A stretch of 54,316 nt of DNA from a bacterium (GTDB lineage Bacteria; CG2-30-53-67; CG2-30-70-394), in assembly GCA_024278555.1 (NCBI GenBank), contig JAJRSX010000203.1, positions 1 to 54,316 of the forward strand. Reading direction: 5' to 3'. Positions within the stretch are counted from its first letter, which is position 1; every line of letters starts with the position of its first letter. Under the pieces are notes generated by a model. That model was not told where the DNA came from, did not search any database, and saw only the letters and a list, made by a program, of their open reading frames with translations. The translations under genes were made by a program, and so were the position numbers. Positions 17,662 through 26,789 of the stretch are shown here, piece after piece.

Positions 17662-18633
17662 TCACTCCGCCGCCACCGCCTCGACCCCCACCTCCCCCTC
17701 CGATTGCCACACGGTATCGCTGCGGCTCCACACGGCGGCGACCAGGGAGCCGATGAGGCAGTGGGTGAGGGACGAAATTGCCGACGGGATGGCCACCAGC
17801 GGGGAGGCGAAGTTCTGCCGGGCGAGGACCACCCCGAGCCCCGAGTTCTGCATCCCCACCTCGATGGAGATGGTGCGTGCCCCGACCGGGTCACTGCCCG
17901 ACAGGCGGGTGACCAGGTAGCCAAGGCCGAAGCCGCCGGCGTGGAGGCAGAAGACGGCGCCGAAGAGGGGCGCGGCGGCCGACAGGATCGTCTCTCTGCC
18001 GGCGCCGATGATCGAGGCGACGATGAGGGTGATCATGACCACCGCCGCCAGGGGGGCCACCGGCAGGAGCCGCCCGGTGAGGCGCGGCACGAAGCGGTTG
18101 AGCAGCACCCCGGCGACCACCGGCAGAATCACCACCTGGACCGTGGAGAGGAAGAGGCCGAGGGCGTTCACCTCGACCCGGTTGCCCACCAACCAGGTGG
18201 TCAGCGCCGGAGTCATGAGCGCCGCCATGAGGGTGGAGCAGGTGGTCATGGTGACCGACAGGGCGACGTTCGCCCGTGCCAGAAAGGTGATCACGTTCGA
18301 GGCGGTGCCGCCGGGGCAGCAGGAGACCAGGACCAGCCCCACGGCGAAGGGGGTGGGGAGGTGGAAGAGGTAGCCGAGCGACCACCCCAAAGCCGGCATC
18401 ATCGTGTACTGGAGGAGGACCCCAAGGACCACCTGGCGCGGGTAGCGGGCAACGCCGCGGAAGTCCTCGACCCGCAGGGTGAGCCCCATCCCGAGCATGA
18501 TCACCCCCAGCCCAACCGTGATCAGCCCGCCGCGGAACCAGGTAAAGAGCGGCGGGTAGGCGAGGGCCAGGAGGGAGGCGACAAGGACCCACGCGGGGAA
18601 GGCGGCGGTCAGACGGGCGAGGAGCAGGCGCAT
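17662..18633 (-). CDS. Bile acid:Na+ symporter (BASS/SBF) family transporter
   Basis: Internal ATG at 18633 (MRLLLARLTAAFPAWVLV...) of track ORF 17662..19416. About 323 aa and polytopic. Motifs LGMGLTL, CCPGGTASNV and EVGMQNSGLG are typical of the family. The upstream 261 codons are antisense to the 18718 gene and look non-coding. Confidence 0.85.
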   Translation of the reverse strand: MRLLLARLTAAFPAWVLVASLLALAYPPLFTWFRGGLITVGLGVIMLGMGLTLRVEDFRGVARYPRQVVLGVLLQYTMMPALGWSLGYLFHLPTPFAVGLVLVSCCPGGTASNVITFLARANVALSVTMTTCSTLMAALMTPALTTWLVGNRVEVNALGLFLSTVQVVILPVVAGVLLNRFVPRLTGRLLPVAPLAAVVMITLIVASIIGAGRETILSAAAPLFGAVFCLHAGGFGLGYLVTRLSGSDPVGARTISIEVGMQNSGLGVVLARQNFASPLVAIPSAISSLTHCLIGSLVAAVWSRSDTVWQSEGEVGVEAVAAE

Positions 18634-18717
18634 GGCCGCGCATGATCGACCCCCCGGCGAGACGCGACAACCGGGTCTGCCGTTGCCACCGCCGCCGCCG
18701 CGCGGCCATAAAGGGCG

Positions 18718-19371
18718 ATGGCCATCCGCATCCTCGCCGTCGGCCCCGCCCCCTTCGACGGGGTGGAGCGGGTGACACCCGCGGAGCTGGCGCGCCTGTC
18801 GGCGACCGACATCGCCGAATTCACCCACCTCCTGGTGGCCGGCGGCGACGGCGCCGTACGCCGCGCCTGCCAGGCGCTCTACCGCGCCGGGGTGATCCTG
18901 CCGGTAATCCTCTACCCGACCGGGACGTCGAACATCCTCCATACCCTCCTGCGCCTGGGCGACGCCGGAGAGATTGTTGCCCGCCTGCGCGCCGGCGCCC
19001 CCGTGGCGCAGGTGGCCCAGCCAAGCCATACCCTCGGCGGTGAGCTCTTCCTCTTCTCCGCCGGCGACCTGCTGGATCGGTGGTACATGGCCCTCGCCGA
19101 GGGGCTGCGGATCGGGTGGCTGGACGGCAGCCGGTGGCGTTACGCCCTCCCGGCACCGCTGCTGATTCCGGCCCTCGCCACCCTCCCCCTCTACGCGCTG
19201 CCGGGCCACTTCCTCTACTACCGCGTCGGCCCGATCAACGTAGCCATCGGCTGCGGCGGGGAGGTGCGCTGCCGCCGCATCCAACTCGACGGCGACCTGG
19301 TAGAGCCGGCAGCGACACGGGCGCGAATCGAACCGGCAGCCACCGTTCCCATCCTGCGGCTCACCCGGTAG
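18718..19371 (+). CDS. Short diacylglycerol/lipid-kinase-like (DAGK_cat / NAD-kinase fold) protein
   Basis: 217-aa ORF. HLLVAGGDGAVRRACQAL...YPTGTSN resembles the GGDGT nucleotide-binding motif region of the DAGK catalytic domain. Confidence 0.5.
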   Translation: MAIRILAVGPAPFDGVERVTPAELARLSATDIAEFTHLLVAGGDGAVRRACQALYRAGVILPVILYPTGTSNILHTLLRLGDAGEIVARLRAGAPVAQVAQPSHTLGGELFLFSAGDLLDRWYMALAEGLRIGWLDGSRWRYALPAPLLIPALATLPLYALPGHFLYYRVGPINVAIGCGGEVRCRRIQLDGDLVEPAATRARIEPAATVPILRLTR

Positions 19372-19578
19372 GAGGGGGCCATGCCCCCGACCCCGGCCCG
19401 CACGGCCGGCCGCCACCGCAGGCGCCGGATCGCGGGTACAACCCGCTCCTACCCGCCCCCGCCCCGCCGCACCGCCGAACCGGCGGTGGACCGGTAGGAG
19501 GGGGCCATGCCCCCGATCCGCGCCGCAGGCGCGGCGGGCCGCTCGCGGCCCGGGTCGCGGGCATGGCCCGCTCCTACC
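19367..19578. repeat. Two tandem REP/BIME-like inverted-repeat pairs in a convergent intergenic spacer
   Basis: GGTAGGAGGGGGCCATGCCCCCGA occurs at 19367-19390 and 19492-19515. Each is paired with an inverted partner TCGCGGG(tacaa/catgg)CCCGCTCCTACC at 19431-19453 and 19555-19578. Confidence 0.8.
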
Positions 19579-21427
19579 TCAAAAACCGGCTGAACCCACG
19601 GGTAACCGCCACCAACTCCTTGGCGCGCGGGGCGAGGACCGCACGCCGGTCTTTCACCGGCTTGTAGTCCAGGCCGAGGACCTCGGCGCGGGCGCTCCCG
19701 TAGCTCTCCATGGAGAAGACCAGGGTCGCCTCGTCGTCGATCACCGCACACTCGGCCCAGCCGCAGCTCACCACATAATCGGGGCGATCGCCGGCGAAGA
19801 TCGGTGCGCCGTTGCTGTAGTCCCCCGGCGGGTTGGCGTAGCCGAGGGTCTGCATCACCGTGGGCACGAAGTCGAGGTGGCTGGTGAGGTGGTCCACCTC
19901 CCGATGGCCCACCCCAGGCAGGTGGAGAATGAAGGGGACGTGGACCTGCTCCGGGGTGAAGGCGGAGGTGTGGCCGAAGTAGCCGTGCTCGCGGAACTCC
20001 TCGCCGTGGTCGCCGGTGAAGACGACGATCGTGTCCTTGAGCCAGCCGCCCGCACGCAGCCCCTCGATCAGCTCACCGGCGAGGGCGTCGTTGAAGGCCA
20101 GCGCGTTCATGTAGTCGCGCTTCGCCGCCGCCACCTCCTGCTCGCCGGCCATCAGGTAGTTGGTCTCCTCCCCCTCGCCGAAGCGGGCGAACTCGGGCGG
20201 GTAGACGCGGCCGTGGGGGGCGTCGAGAAACATGAAGCCGAAGAAGGGGCGCTTTGGGTCATCGCGCTCCGCGAGCCAGGCGAGCATCCGCCTGACCTGC
20301 TCCGGGTCGCGGGTGACGCCGGTGGTGCCGGGGAGCTCGTCTTCGATCGCGTCGGCGAGGTGGACGAAGGCGGACTTGCGAAACTCCGGGTAGGTGAGGC
20401 GGGTGGAGGAGAGGATCTTGAAGTCGTAGCCGAGGCCCTGGAGCTCATCGAGGAGCACCGGGCTGCGGCGCTCGCCGAGGAAGGCGTGCCAGTCGTAGCT
20501 GTACAGGCCGTACAGGAGCGAGAAGACCCCGAAGCGGGTGGCGTTGCCGCCGCTGTAGTGGTTTTTCAGGACCACCGACTCGCGGGCAAAGAGGCTCAGG
20601 TTCGGCGTCACCCGCTGGTTCAGCATGTCGGACCGCCAGCAGTCCAATAGCACAATGAGGAGGTTCGGCGTCGCGCTCCCCTCCCTGCGCACCAGGGGGT
20701 GGAGCGGGTAGCGGAGGGTGGCGGCGCGGGCGACCCGGGTGAGCCCCTCCTCGCGGTTCACCCGAAAGCCGAAGGTGCGCTGGACGAACCGCTTCACGGT
20801 GAGCGGCTGGTAGAGGGGGTAGAGCTTCGCGAAGCGGGTGATGTCGGCGCGGTTGAAGAGGTCGGCGTAGGCAAAGACCCCCTTGTCCGCGACCACGCAG
20901 ACAGCGATCGCGAGGACGATCCAGGCGGGCCGCACCCCGAGGAGGCGGCCCGCCGAGGCGGCCCGGGCCAGACAGCGGCGGGCGAGCCACACCTCCGCCG
21001 CCATGAGGGCGACCGCGACCAGGGCGAAGGTCGCCACCGTCCACCCCCCGAGGTCCACCGAGTCCCACGCCCCCGGGGTGGTGAGGACATTGAGGACCAT
21101 GCCGTTGAAGTGGTAGCGAAAGATCCGGTAGAGCCCCGCGTCCACCACCGTGGCGGCGTGGAAGAGGAGAAGCAGCAGCGCGGCGATGCCCAGCAGGAGC
21201 CGGCGTCCCGGGACCACGACCACCAGAATCGCGAGCAGCAGCCAGATGACGGCGTAGAGCATCGCCGTGTTGGAGACCAGGGCGGCGGCGGCGAAGGTCC
21301 AGCCGAGGGGGCCGCTGATCCCCGGCGTCGTTGCCGGATAGAGGCAGCCGAACAACAGGCTCAGAAGCAGGTTCACCGCCAGGAAGGCGGTGACCGCGCG
21401 GAGGGCGGTGCGGCGGGTCGAGTGCAC
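19574..21427 (-). CDS. YejM/PbgA-like inner-membrane protein (DUF3413 N-terminal TM domain plus sulfatase/alkaline-phosphatase domain)
   Basis: 617-aa ORF. Five or so N-terminal TM helices, then a sulfatase core (NLLIVLLDCWRSD, HYSGGNATRFG, VFTGDHGEEF). Confidence 0.75.
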   Translation of the reverse strand: MHSTRRTALRAVTAFLAVNLLLSLLFGCLYPATTPGISGPLGWTFAAAALVSNTAMLYAVIWLLLAILVVVVPGRRLLLGIAALLLLLFHAATVVDAGLYRIFRYHFNGMVLNVLTTPGAWDSVDLGGWTVATFALVAVALMAAEVWLARRCLARAASAGRLLGVRPAWIVLAIAVCVVADKGVFAYADLFNRADITRFAKLYPLYQPLTVKRFVQRTFGFRVNREEGLTRVARAATLRYPLHPLVRREGSATPNLLIVLLDCWRSDMLNQRVTPNLSLFARESVVLKNHYSGGNATRFGVFSLLYGLYSYDWHAFLGERRSPVLLDELQGLGYDFKILSSTRLTYPEFRKSAFVHLADAIEDELPGTTGVTRDPEQVRRMLAWLAERDDPKRPFFGFMFLDAPHGRVYPPEFARFGEGEETNYLMAGEQEVAAAKRDYMNALAFNDALAGELIEGLRAGGWLKDTIVVFTGDHGEEFREHGYFGHTSAFTPEQVHVPFILHLPGVGHREVDHLTSHLDFVPTVMQTLGYANPPGDYSNGAPIFAGDRPDYVVSCGWAECAVIDDEATLVFSMESYGSARAEVLGLDYKPVKDRRAVLAPRAKELVAVTRGFSRFLR

Positions 21428-21475
21428 CCCCCACCTTCCCTCCCCAACCTCCGCCCCATCAAGGGGAGCGGCTCG

Positions 21476-23641
21476 TCACCCCGCCGCCGACACCCGTCGC
21501 AACACGGCGATCAGCTCGTCGCGGCGGATCGGCTTGGCGAGGTGACCGTCCATGCCGGCGACGAGAGAGGCCTGACGGTCCTGCTCCATGGCGTTGGCGG
21601 TGAGGGCGACGATGGGGAGGCGGCCGCCCCGCTCGACCTCGGCGACGCGGATCGCGCGGCTGGCGTCGAGGCCGTCCATCTCCGGCATCTGCACATCCAT
21701 GAGACAGAGGTCGAAGCCTCCCTGGGCGGCCGCGGCCACCGCCTCCACGCCGTTTTCCACGAGCTGAACGGTGCAACCGAGCCGCTCCAGGAGCCGTTGA
21801 ACCACCCGCTGGTTCACCCGGTTGTCCTCCGCCACCAGGATGTGGAGACCGGCGGGAATCGACTCGCCCGCGTCGTCTCCAACCACCGGCGCCTCCACCT
21901 CCCCGTGCGCCGGCGCCAGGACCACGGTCACCCAGAAGGTCGACCCCTCCCCCACGACGCTCTCCACCCCGATCCGCCCACCCATCCGCTCCGCGAGCCG
22001 CCAGCAGATGGTGAGGCCCAGCCCGGTGCCACCGAAGCGGCGGGTGGTGGAGGCGTCCGCCTGGGTGAAGGGGTCGAAGATCATCGCCTGGCGCGACGGC
22101 TCGATGCCGCAGCCGGTGTCGCGCACCGCCAGGCGGACCACCTGGCGGCCGTCCCGCCACTCCAGGGGGTGGACGGCGAGGGTGACCGCGCCGGCGTCGG
22201 TGAACTTGAGGGCGTTGGAGGTGAAGTTGGTGAGGATCTGGCGCAACCGGGTGGGATCGCCGCGCAGGGGCGGGAGGTTGGGGTCGACCTCGACCCGCAA
22301 GGCCACCCCGCGCTCCTTTGCGGTACGGGCGAAGAGGGCGGCCACCTCCTCCACCACCGCCGCCAGGGAGAGGTCGATCTCCTCCAACTCCAGCTTGCCC
22401 GCCTCGATCTTGGAGAAGTCGAGGATGTCGTTGAGGAGGGTGAGCAGCGACTCGCCGCTGTGTACCAACAGCGTCGCGTACTCGCGCTGCTCCGCGTCGA
22501 GGTCGGTGGTGAGCAGGAGCTGCCCCATGCCGAGGACACCGTTCATCGGGGTGCGGATCTCATGGCTCATCGCCGCGAGGAAGCCGGACTTGGCGCGGCT
22601 CGCCTCCTCGGCGGCGAGGCGCTCGCTGCGCGCCGCCTCCAAAGCCCGGGTCCGCGCCTCGAGCTGGCGGGCGTAGTCGGCGAGGCTCTCCTCGCGCCGC
22701 TTCTGCTCGCTGATATCGCGCAGGATCCCGGTGAACAGCTTGCGGTCTCCGAGATCGACCTCGGAGACCGTGATGTAAAAGGGGAAGGTAGTAGAGTCCT
22801 TGCGCCGGCCGGTGAGCTCGACACCGTGGCCCACCACCCGCGACAGCCCGGTGCGCAGGTAGTGCGCCACCTTCCCGGCGTGGCCGTCGCCGCCCTCGCT
22901 GCCGGAGAGGAGGCCGACGTCCTGGCCGAGGAGCTCCGCCTCGGTGTAGCCGAACATCTCGGCCGCCGCCGGGTTTGCCGACTCGATCCTCCCCCTCTCA
23001 TCGAGGGTGATGATCGCGTCCACCGCCGTCTCGACGATCGCCCTGAGGCGCGCCTCGCTCTCCCGCAGCCGCTGCTCCGCCTCCACCCGGTCGGTGACGT
23101 CCCGCGCCACTCCGACAATCCCCACCACCTCACCGCCCCGGACCACCGGCCGCTCGCGGACCTCCAGGGTGACCGAGTGGCCCTGCTTGTGGCGGATCTC
23201 CACCCGGTACGGCTCTCCTGCCTCGCCGGTGGCGAGGGTGCGCTCGGTGCGCGCCACCACCTCCTTGTTGCACGGGTGGTCGGTGAGGTAGGTGGTGTAG
23301 TGGCACTGCCACTCCGCCACGGTGTAGCCGGTGATCCGCTCCACCGCCGGGGAGAGGTAGTCGAAGACCCCCTCACGGTCGTGGCGATAGACAAAGTCGC
23401 CGGTCGCCTCCAGGAGGATCCTGCGCTCCTCCGCCAGGGTGGAGAGCCGCTTGAGAGAGGTCGTGAGGAGGTCCCACGGCCCCGCCTGCGTCCCCGGCGC
23501 GAGCGCTCCGGCGAGCTCGAGGAGCCCCCGCCCCTCGACGGCGAAGTCCGCCTCGATGCCGAGGCGGTCCAGCGGATGGACCCCCTCCCCCTCCAGACTC
23601 CCCGAGCCGGGATCCTCCGGCTGTGGCGACCGCTCTTCCAT
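21476..23641 (-). CDS. Hybrid sensor histidine kinase (PAS repeats, HisKA, HATPase_c, C-terminal REC)
   Basis: ATG at 23641 (MEERSPQ...) in track ORF 21476..23770. H-box FLAAMSHEIRTPMNGVLG, N/G boxes LTNFTSNALKFT, DTGCGI and GGTGLGLTI. REC has ILVAEDNRVNQ, LCLMDVQMPEMDG and LAKPI. Confidence 0.88.
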   Translation of the reverse strand: MEERSPQPEDPGSGSLEGEGVHPLDRLGIEADFAVEGRGLLELAGALAPGTQAGPWDLLTTSLKRLSTLAEERRILLEATGDFVYRHDREGVFDYLSPAVERITGYTVAEWQCHYTTYLTDHPCNKEVVARTERTLATGEAGEPYRVEIRHKQGHSVTLEVRERPVVRGGEVVGIVGVARDVTDRVEAEQRLRESEARLRAIVETAVDAIITLDERGRIESANPAAAEMFGYTEAELLGQDVGLLSGSEGGDGHAGKVAHYLRTGLSRVVGHGVELTGRRKDSTTFPFYITVSEVDLGDRKLFTGILRDISEQKRREESLADYARQLEARTRALEAARSERLAAEEASRAKSGFLAAMSHEIRTPMNGVLGMGQLLLTTDLDAEQREYATLLVHSGESLLTLLNDILDFSKIEAGKLELEEIDLSLAAVVEEVAALFARTAKERGVALRVEVDPNLPPLRGDPTRLRQILTNFTSNALKFTDAGAVTLAVHPLEWRDGRQVVRLAVRDTGCGIEPSRQAMIFDPFTQADASTTRRFGGTGLGLTICWRLAERMGGRIGVESVVGEGSTFWVTVVLAPAHGEVEAPVVGDDAGESIPAGLHILVAEDNRVNQRVVQRLLERLGCTVQLVENGVEAVAAAAQGGFDLCLMDVQMPEMDGLDASRAIRVAEVERGGRLPIVALTANAMEQDRQASLVAGMDGHLAKPIRRDELIAVLRRVSAAG

Positions 23642-24008
23642 GCCCCTTAGCGATCGGCACAATCGCCCCCGTGGGTGAGTCGCGCCGAAGGCGGTAGCGG
23701 GAGCCCGTCGACGAGACGATCCCGGTGACCCGGTGGGGGGTGCAGCCACACCCACTGCCAGGACATGCACGGCGTTGGCGCCCTACCCCGCCCCCTCCTC
23801 CTTCCCCGCACGCCCTTCGACAGCGACACGTAAATGGTCCATCACCATCCATCGCCACCTGCCTAAAACCACCGAGAACCATCACCATGCGCCACCGCGA
23901 AACCGCACAGAGACCGCGTCCCGGCCGCGATCCACGGTACGCCGCGACAGATCAAGAAAGCCCCACCCGAAGCCGACAAGAGGGTGACCAAGCGCTCCGT
24001 CCGATCCC

Positions 24009-24968
24009 ATGGCCGTCCTTCCTCAAACCAACACCGAGCCGACCTCCGACACCGGGGCTCCGGTCGACGAGCTGCGTGGCGCCGACCTCTCCTTCCGAGA
24101 CATGAGCAACAGCACCCTCGCTGCGCGTGACCTCACCGGCGCCAACCTCTTCAACACCAAGCTCGTCGGCGCCGATCTCCGCAACGCCCGCCTCGACGAC
24201 GCCGATCTCACTGGCGCCGACCTCACCGGAGCCGACCTCACCGGCGCCTCTCTCACCCGCGCGGGGCTCGGCAAGGCGTGCCTCGCGGATGCCCACCTCT
24301 TCGAGGCGTCGATGACCGAGGCGACCCTCACCCTCGCCGACCTCTCCTCCGCCGATCTGCGCTGCGCCCAGCTCGGCGGCGCGCGCATGCGCGACGCCAA
24401 CCTCACCGGCGCCGATCTCACCTACGCCGATCTCCACGGCGCCGAGCTCAGCCTCTGCAAGGTGGCCGGCGCCCACTTCGACAACGCCGACCTGCGCCAT
24501 GCGCGCCTGCGCAGCCTCGCCGACTTCGACAAGGCGAGCTGGTTCGGCTGCGACATCCGCGACATCAACTTCGCCGGCGGCTACCTCCTGCGCCGCTTCA
24601 TCATCGACCAGAACTACCTCAAAGAGTTCCAGCACCAGAGCCGCTATCACGGCTGGGTCTACGCGCTCTGGTCGCTCACCAGCGACTGCGGCCGCTCCGC
24701 CACCCGCTGGTTGGTCTGCGTCCTGCTCCAGGTGCTCCTGTTCGCCTGCCTCTATCAGTGGGTGGCGCTGGACCTCGGCGACCACCCGACCCGGCTGTCC
24801 ACCCTCTACTTCAGCGTCGTCACCCTCACCACCCTCGGCTTCGGCGACGTCGTCCCCGCCTCCACCACCGCCCAGATCATCACCATGACGGAGGTCATCA
24901 CCGGTTACATGATGCTCGGCGGCCTCCTCTCCATCTTCAGCACCAAGATGTCCCGCCGCGGAGAGTAA
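24009..24968 (+). CDS. Pentapeptide-repeat domain fused to a two-TM K+-channel pore
   Basis: 319-aa ORF. About 30 A(D/N)LxG-type pentapeptide repeats (GADLTGADLTGADLTGASL...). Then TM1, pore helix and selectivity filter TLTTLGFGDV, then TM2. Confidence 0.8.
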   Translation: MAVLPQTNTEPTSDTGAPVDELRGADLSFRDMSNSTLAARDLTGANLFNTKLVGADLRNARLDDADLTGADLTGADLTGASLTRAGLGKACLADAHLFEASMTEATLTLADLSSADLRCAQLGGARMRDANLTGADLTYADLHGAELSLCKVAGAHFDNADLRHARLRSLADFDKASWFGCDIRDINFAGGYLLRRFIIDQNYLKEFQHQSRYHGWVYALWSLTSDCGRSATRWLVCVLLQVLLFACLYQWVALDLGDHPTRLSTLYFSVVTLTTLGFGDVVPASTTAQIITMTEVITGYMMLGGLLSIFSTKMSRRGE

Positions 24969-24973
24969 ACGCC

Positions 24974-25807
24974 ATGTTGAGCATTTTTCGAAAGAAGCAC
25001 GACCGGAAGAAGGAGCTCGAAACCCTCTTCTCCGCCTACGAGCTCCCCACCTTTCCAGCACCGCTGATGAAGGCCCTCCGCCTCCTCCGCGACCCGGCCA
25101 CGCCGCTCAACCAGATCAGCAAAGCCATCTCCGTGGACCCCGGTCTGCACGTCAAGATTCTCACCACGGTAAACTCCGCCGCCTTTGCCCTGCATGCCGA
25201 GGTGCGCACCCTGGAGCACGCAGTGAGCCTCCTCGGACGAGCACGGATCGAGGCGGTCCTCCTCAGCGTCGCCACCCGACAGACGCTGCCCAACTCCCCG
25301 CTGATCAACGAGGCGGACTTCTGGGCCACCGCCGCCCGCCGTGGGGCGGTCGCCCGCCATCTCGCCCAGCGCCTCCACCCGGCGACCGCGGAAGAGGCAT
25401 TTACCGCCGGCCTCCTGCAGGACCTTGCCGTGCCGGTCCTCGCCGCGGCGAGGGCGGACAAGTACGGCGCGGTCATCAGCGCCATGCACACAGACAAGCG
25501 ATCGCTGCCGGAGGTGGAACGGGAGCACTTCAACTTCTCCCACACGGAGGTGGGCGCCTACGTGGCCGAGCGATGGGACCTACCGCCCTACCTGGTGGAG
25601 GCGATCGCCAACCACCACGGCGAGAGCGCCATCGGCGAGGCGGTCACCCTGGTGGCGCCGATCACCGGCAACAACCGGGACGAAGACGCCGCCTACCTCC
25701 TGGGCGTCTACCAGGGCCGCCTCGGGATCTCCACCGAGGAGGCGGAAGGCCTGTTGGCCACCGCCCTCGCCGACGCCGACGCCCTCGCAGCCTCATTCAC
25801 AAATTAG
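24974..25807 (+). CDS. HDOD-domain signalling protein (second copy in window)
   Basis: ATG at 24974 in track ORF 24278..25807. ...LPTFPAPLMKALRLLRDPATPLNQISKAISVDPGLHVKILTTVNSAAFAL...AVSLLG...HTEVGAYVAERW. Confidence 0.8.
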   Translation: MLSIFRKKHDRKKELETLFSAYELPTFPAPLMKALRLLRDPATPLNQISKAISVDPGLHVKILTTVNSAAFALHAEVRTLEHAVSLLGRARIEAVLLSVATRQTLPNSPLINEADFWATAARRGAVARHLAQRLHPATAEEAFTAGLLQDLAVPVLAAARADKYGAVISAMHTDKRSLPEVEREHFNFSHTEVGAYVAERWDLPPYLVEAIANHHGESAIGEAVTLVAPITGNNRDEDAAYLLGVYQGRLGISTEEAEGLLATALADADALAASFTN

Positions 25808-26402
25808 GGCGCTGCCGCCGGACCGCCTCGCGCACCCGCACCGCCTCCTCGCGCTCGCCCTCCTCCAGGGCGTCGGCCAGTACCCGCAGCTCCGTCGCCA
25901 CCTCCGGCAGGAGGACCTCCTCCAGGGCGCGGGCGCGGCGGGCGGTCCGCTCATACACCGCCTTGAGACGGGTGAGGTTGCCGGCGGCGCCGCCGAGGGC
26001 GACGAGCAGCGGCAACAGCGCCGCCCACGCCTCACCGCAGGCGCGCAGCTCCCGGGTGGCCTCAGGCACGGGGGGTGGCGGCGCCGCGGCCCAGCGGGCC
26101 TCCTGAAGGGCGACCCCGAGGCGCGACCGCGCCGCGACGGTCACCTCCCCCGGTGTCTCCCCCACCGGCCGGAGGAGCGGCGCCTCGATTCCGTGGCGCG
26201 CCACCGCCGCCCGCTGGGTGGCCACCGCCCGCGCCCACACCGCCTCGAACCGCTCCCGCAGGGCGTCGTGGGCGGCGAGCTCCCGCACCCCCTCGGCGGC
26301 GAGTGCCAGGCGCATCTCGTCGAGGAAGCGATACCCCTCCCGGAGGGCGCTCTCCTCCGCCCTCAGGTCGAGGTAGGCGGTGCGGGTGCGGGGACGGGAC
26401 AT
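25797..26402 (-). CDS. atpD: V/A-type ATP synthase subunit D
   Basis: 201-aa ORF. N-terminal coiled coil TRTAYLDLRAEESALREGYRFLDE and C-terminal ...YERTARRARALEEVLLPEVATELRVLADALEEGEREEAVRVR match the V_ATPase_D pattern (RRVNALE...IP...L-E-ERE). Confidence 0.8.
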   Translation of the reverse strand: MSRPRTRTAYLDLRAEESALREGYRFLDEMRLALAAEGVRELAAHDALRERFEAVWARAVATQRAAVARHGIEAPLLRPVGETPGEVTVAARSRLGVALQEARWAAAPPPPVPEATRELRACGEAWAALLPLLVALGGAAGNLTRLKAVYERTARRARALEEVLLPEVATELRVLADALEEGEREEAVRVREAVRRQRPNL

Positions 26403-26453
26403 GGGGGGGGCTCGCTTCGCTCGCGCGGGGGTAGCGAACAGCTTTCAACTCTC

Positions 26454-26732
26454 AGAGGATCAGCGGAAACAAGATGGGGTTACCAGACCGTAGGGTCGGC
26501 TTCAGCCGACCGACGCCGTCATCTCAAGAAATGCCGATTGCTCCTAGCTCATGACCGACGATGGGCAATCGGAAAGAGGGCAAGATTCCGGGGGGAGGGG
26601 ATACCACCAACAGGGTCGAGGGAGTCACGAGGTGATCACGGTGCGAGCCTGGAGGGCGATTTCACCACAGAGACACAGAGGGCACGGAGAACTGCAAAGG
26701 AGAGGTGCGTTCCTCCTCTTGGGCCTCGCGAC
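26454..26732 (+). repeat. Left part of the MITE-like repeat copy (C) split by the prophage
   Basis: Starts with terminal repeat AGAGGATCAGCGGAAA (26454-26469). About 90% identical to the reverse complement of 14497-14777. Ends at ...gggcctcGCGAC, directly abutting the phage TG terminus. Confidence 0.85.
26728..26732. repeat. 5-bp target-site duplication, left copy (GCGAC)
   Basis: GCGAC immediately precedes phage terminus TGTAAGCGG... The same pentamer follows the other terminus at 50106-50110. The uninterrupted paralogue has gcaac once at this position. Confidence 0.8.
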
Positions 26733-26789
26733 TGTAAGCGGCCAAGAAGTTTGCGAAGTTTGGACGGAAAGTTTGCGACAGGGTGGGGA

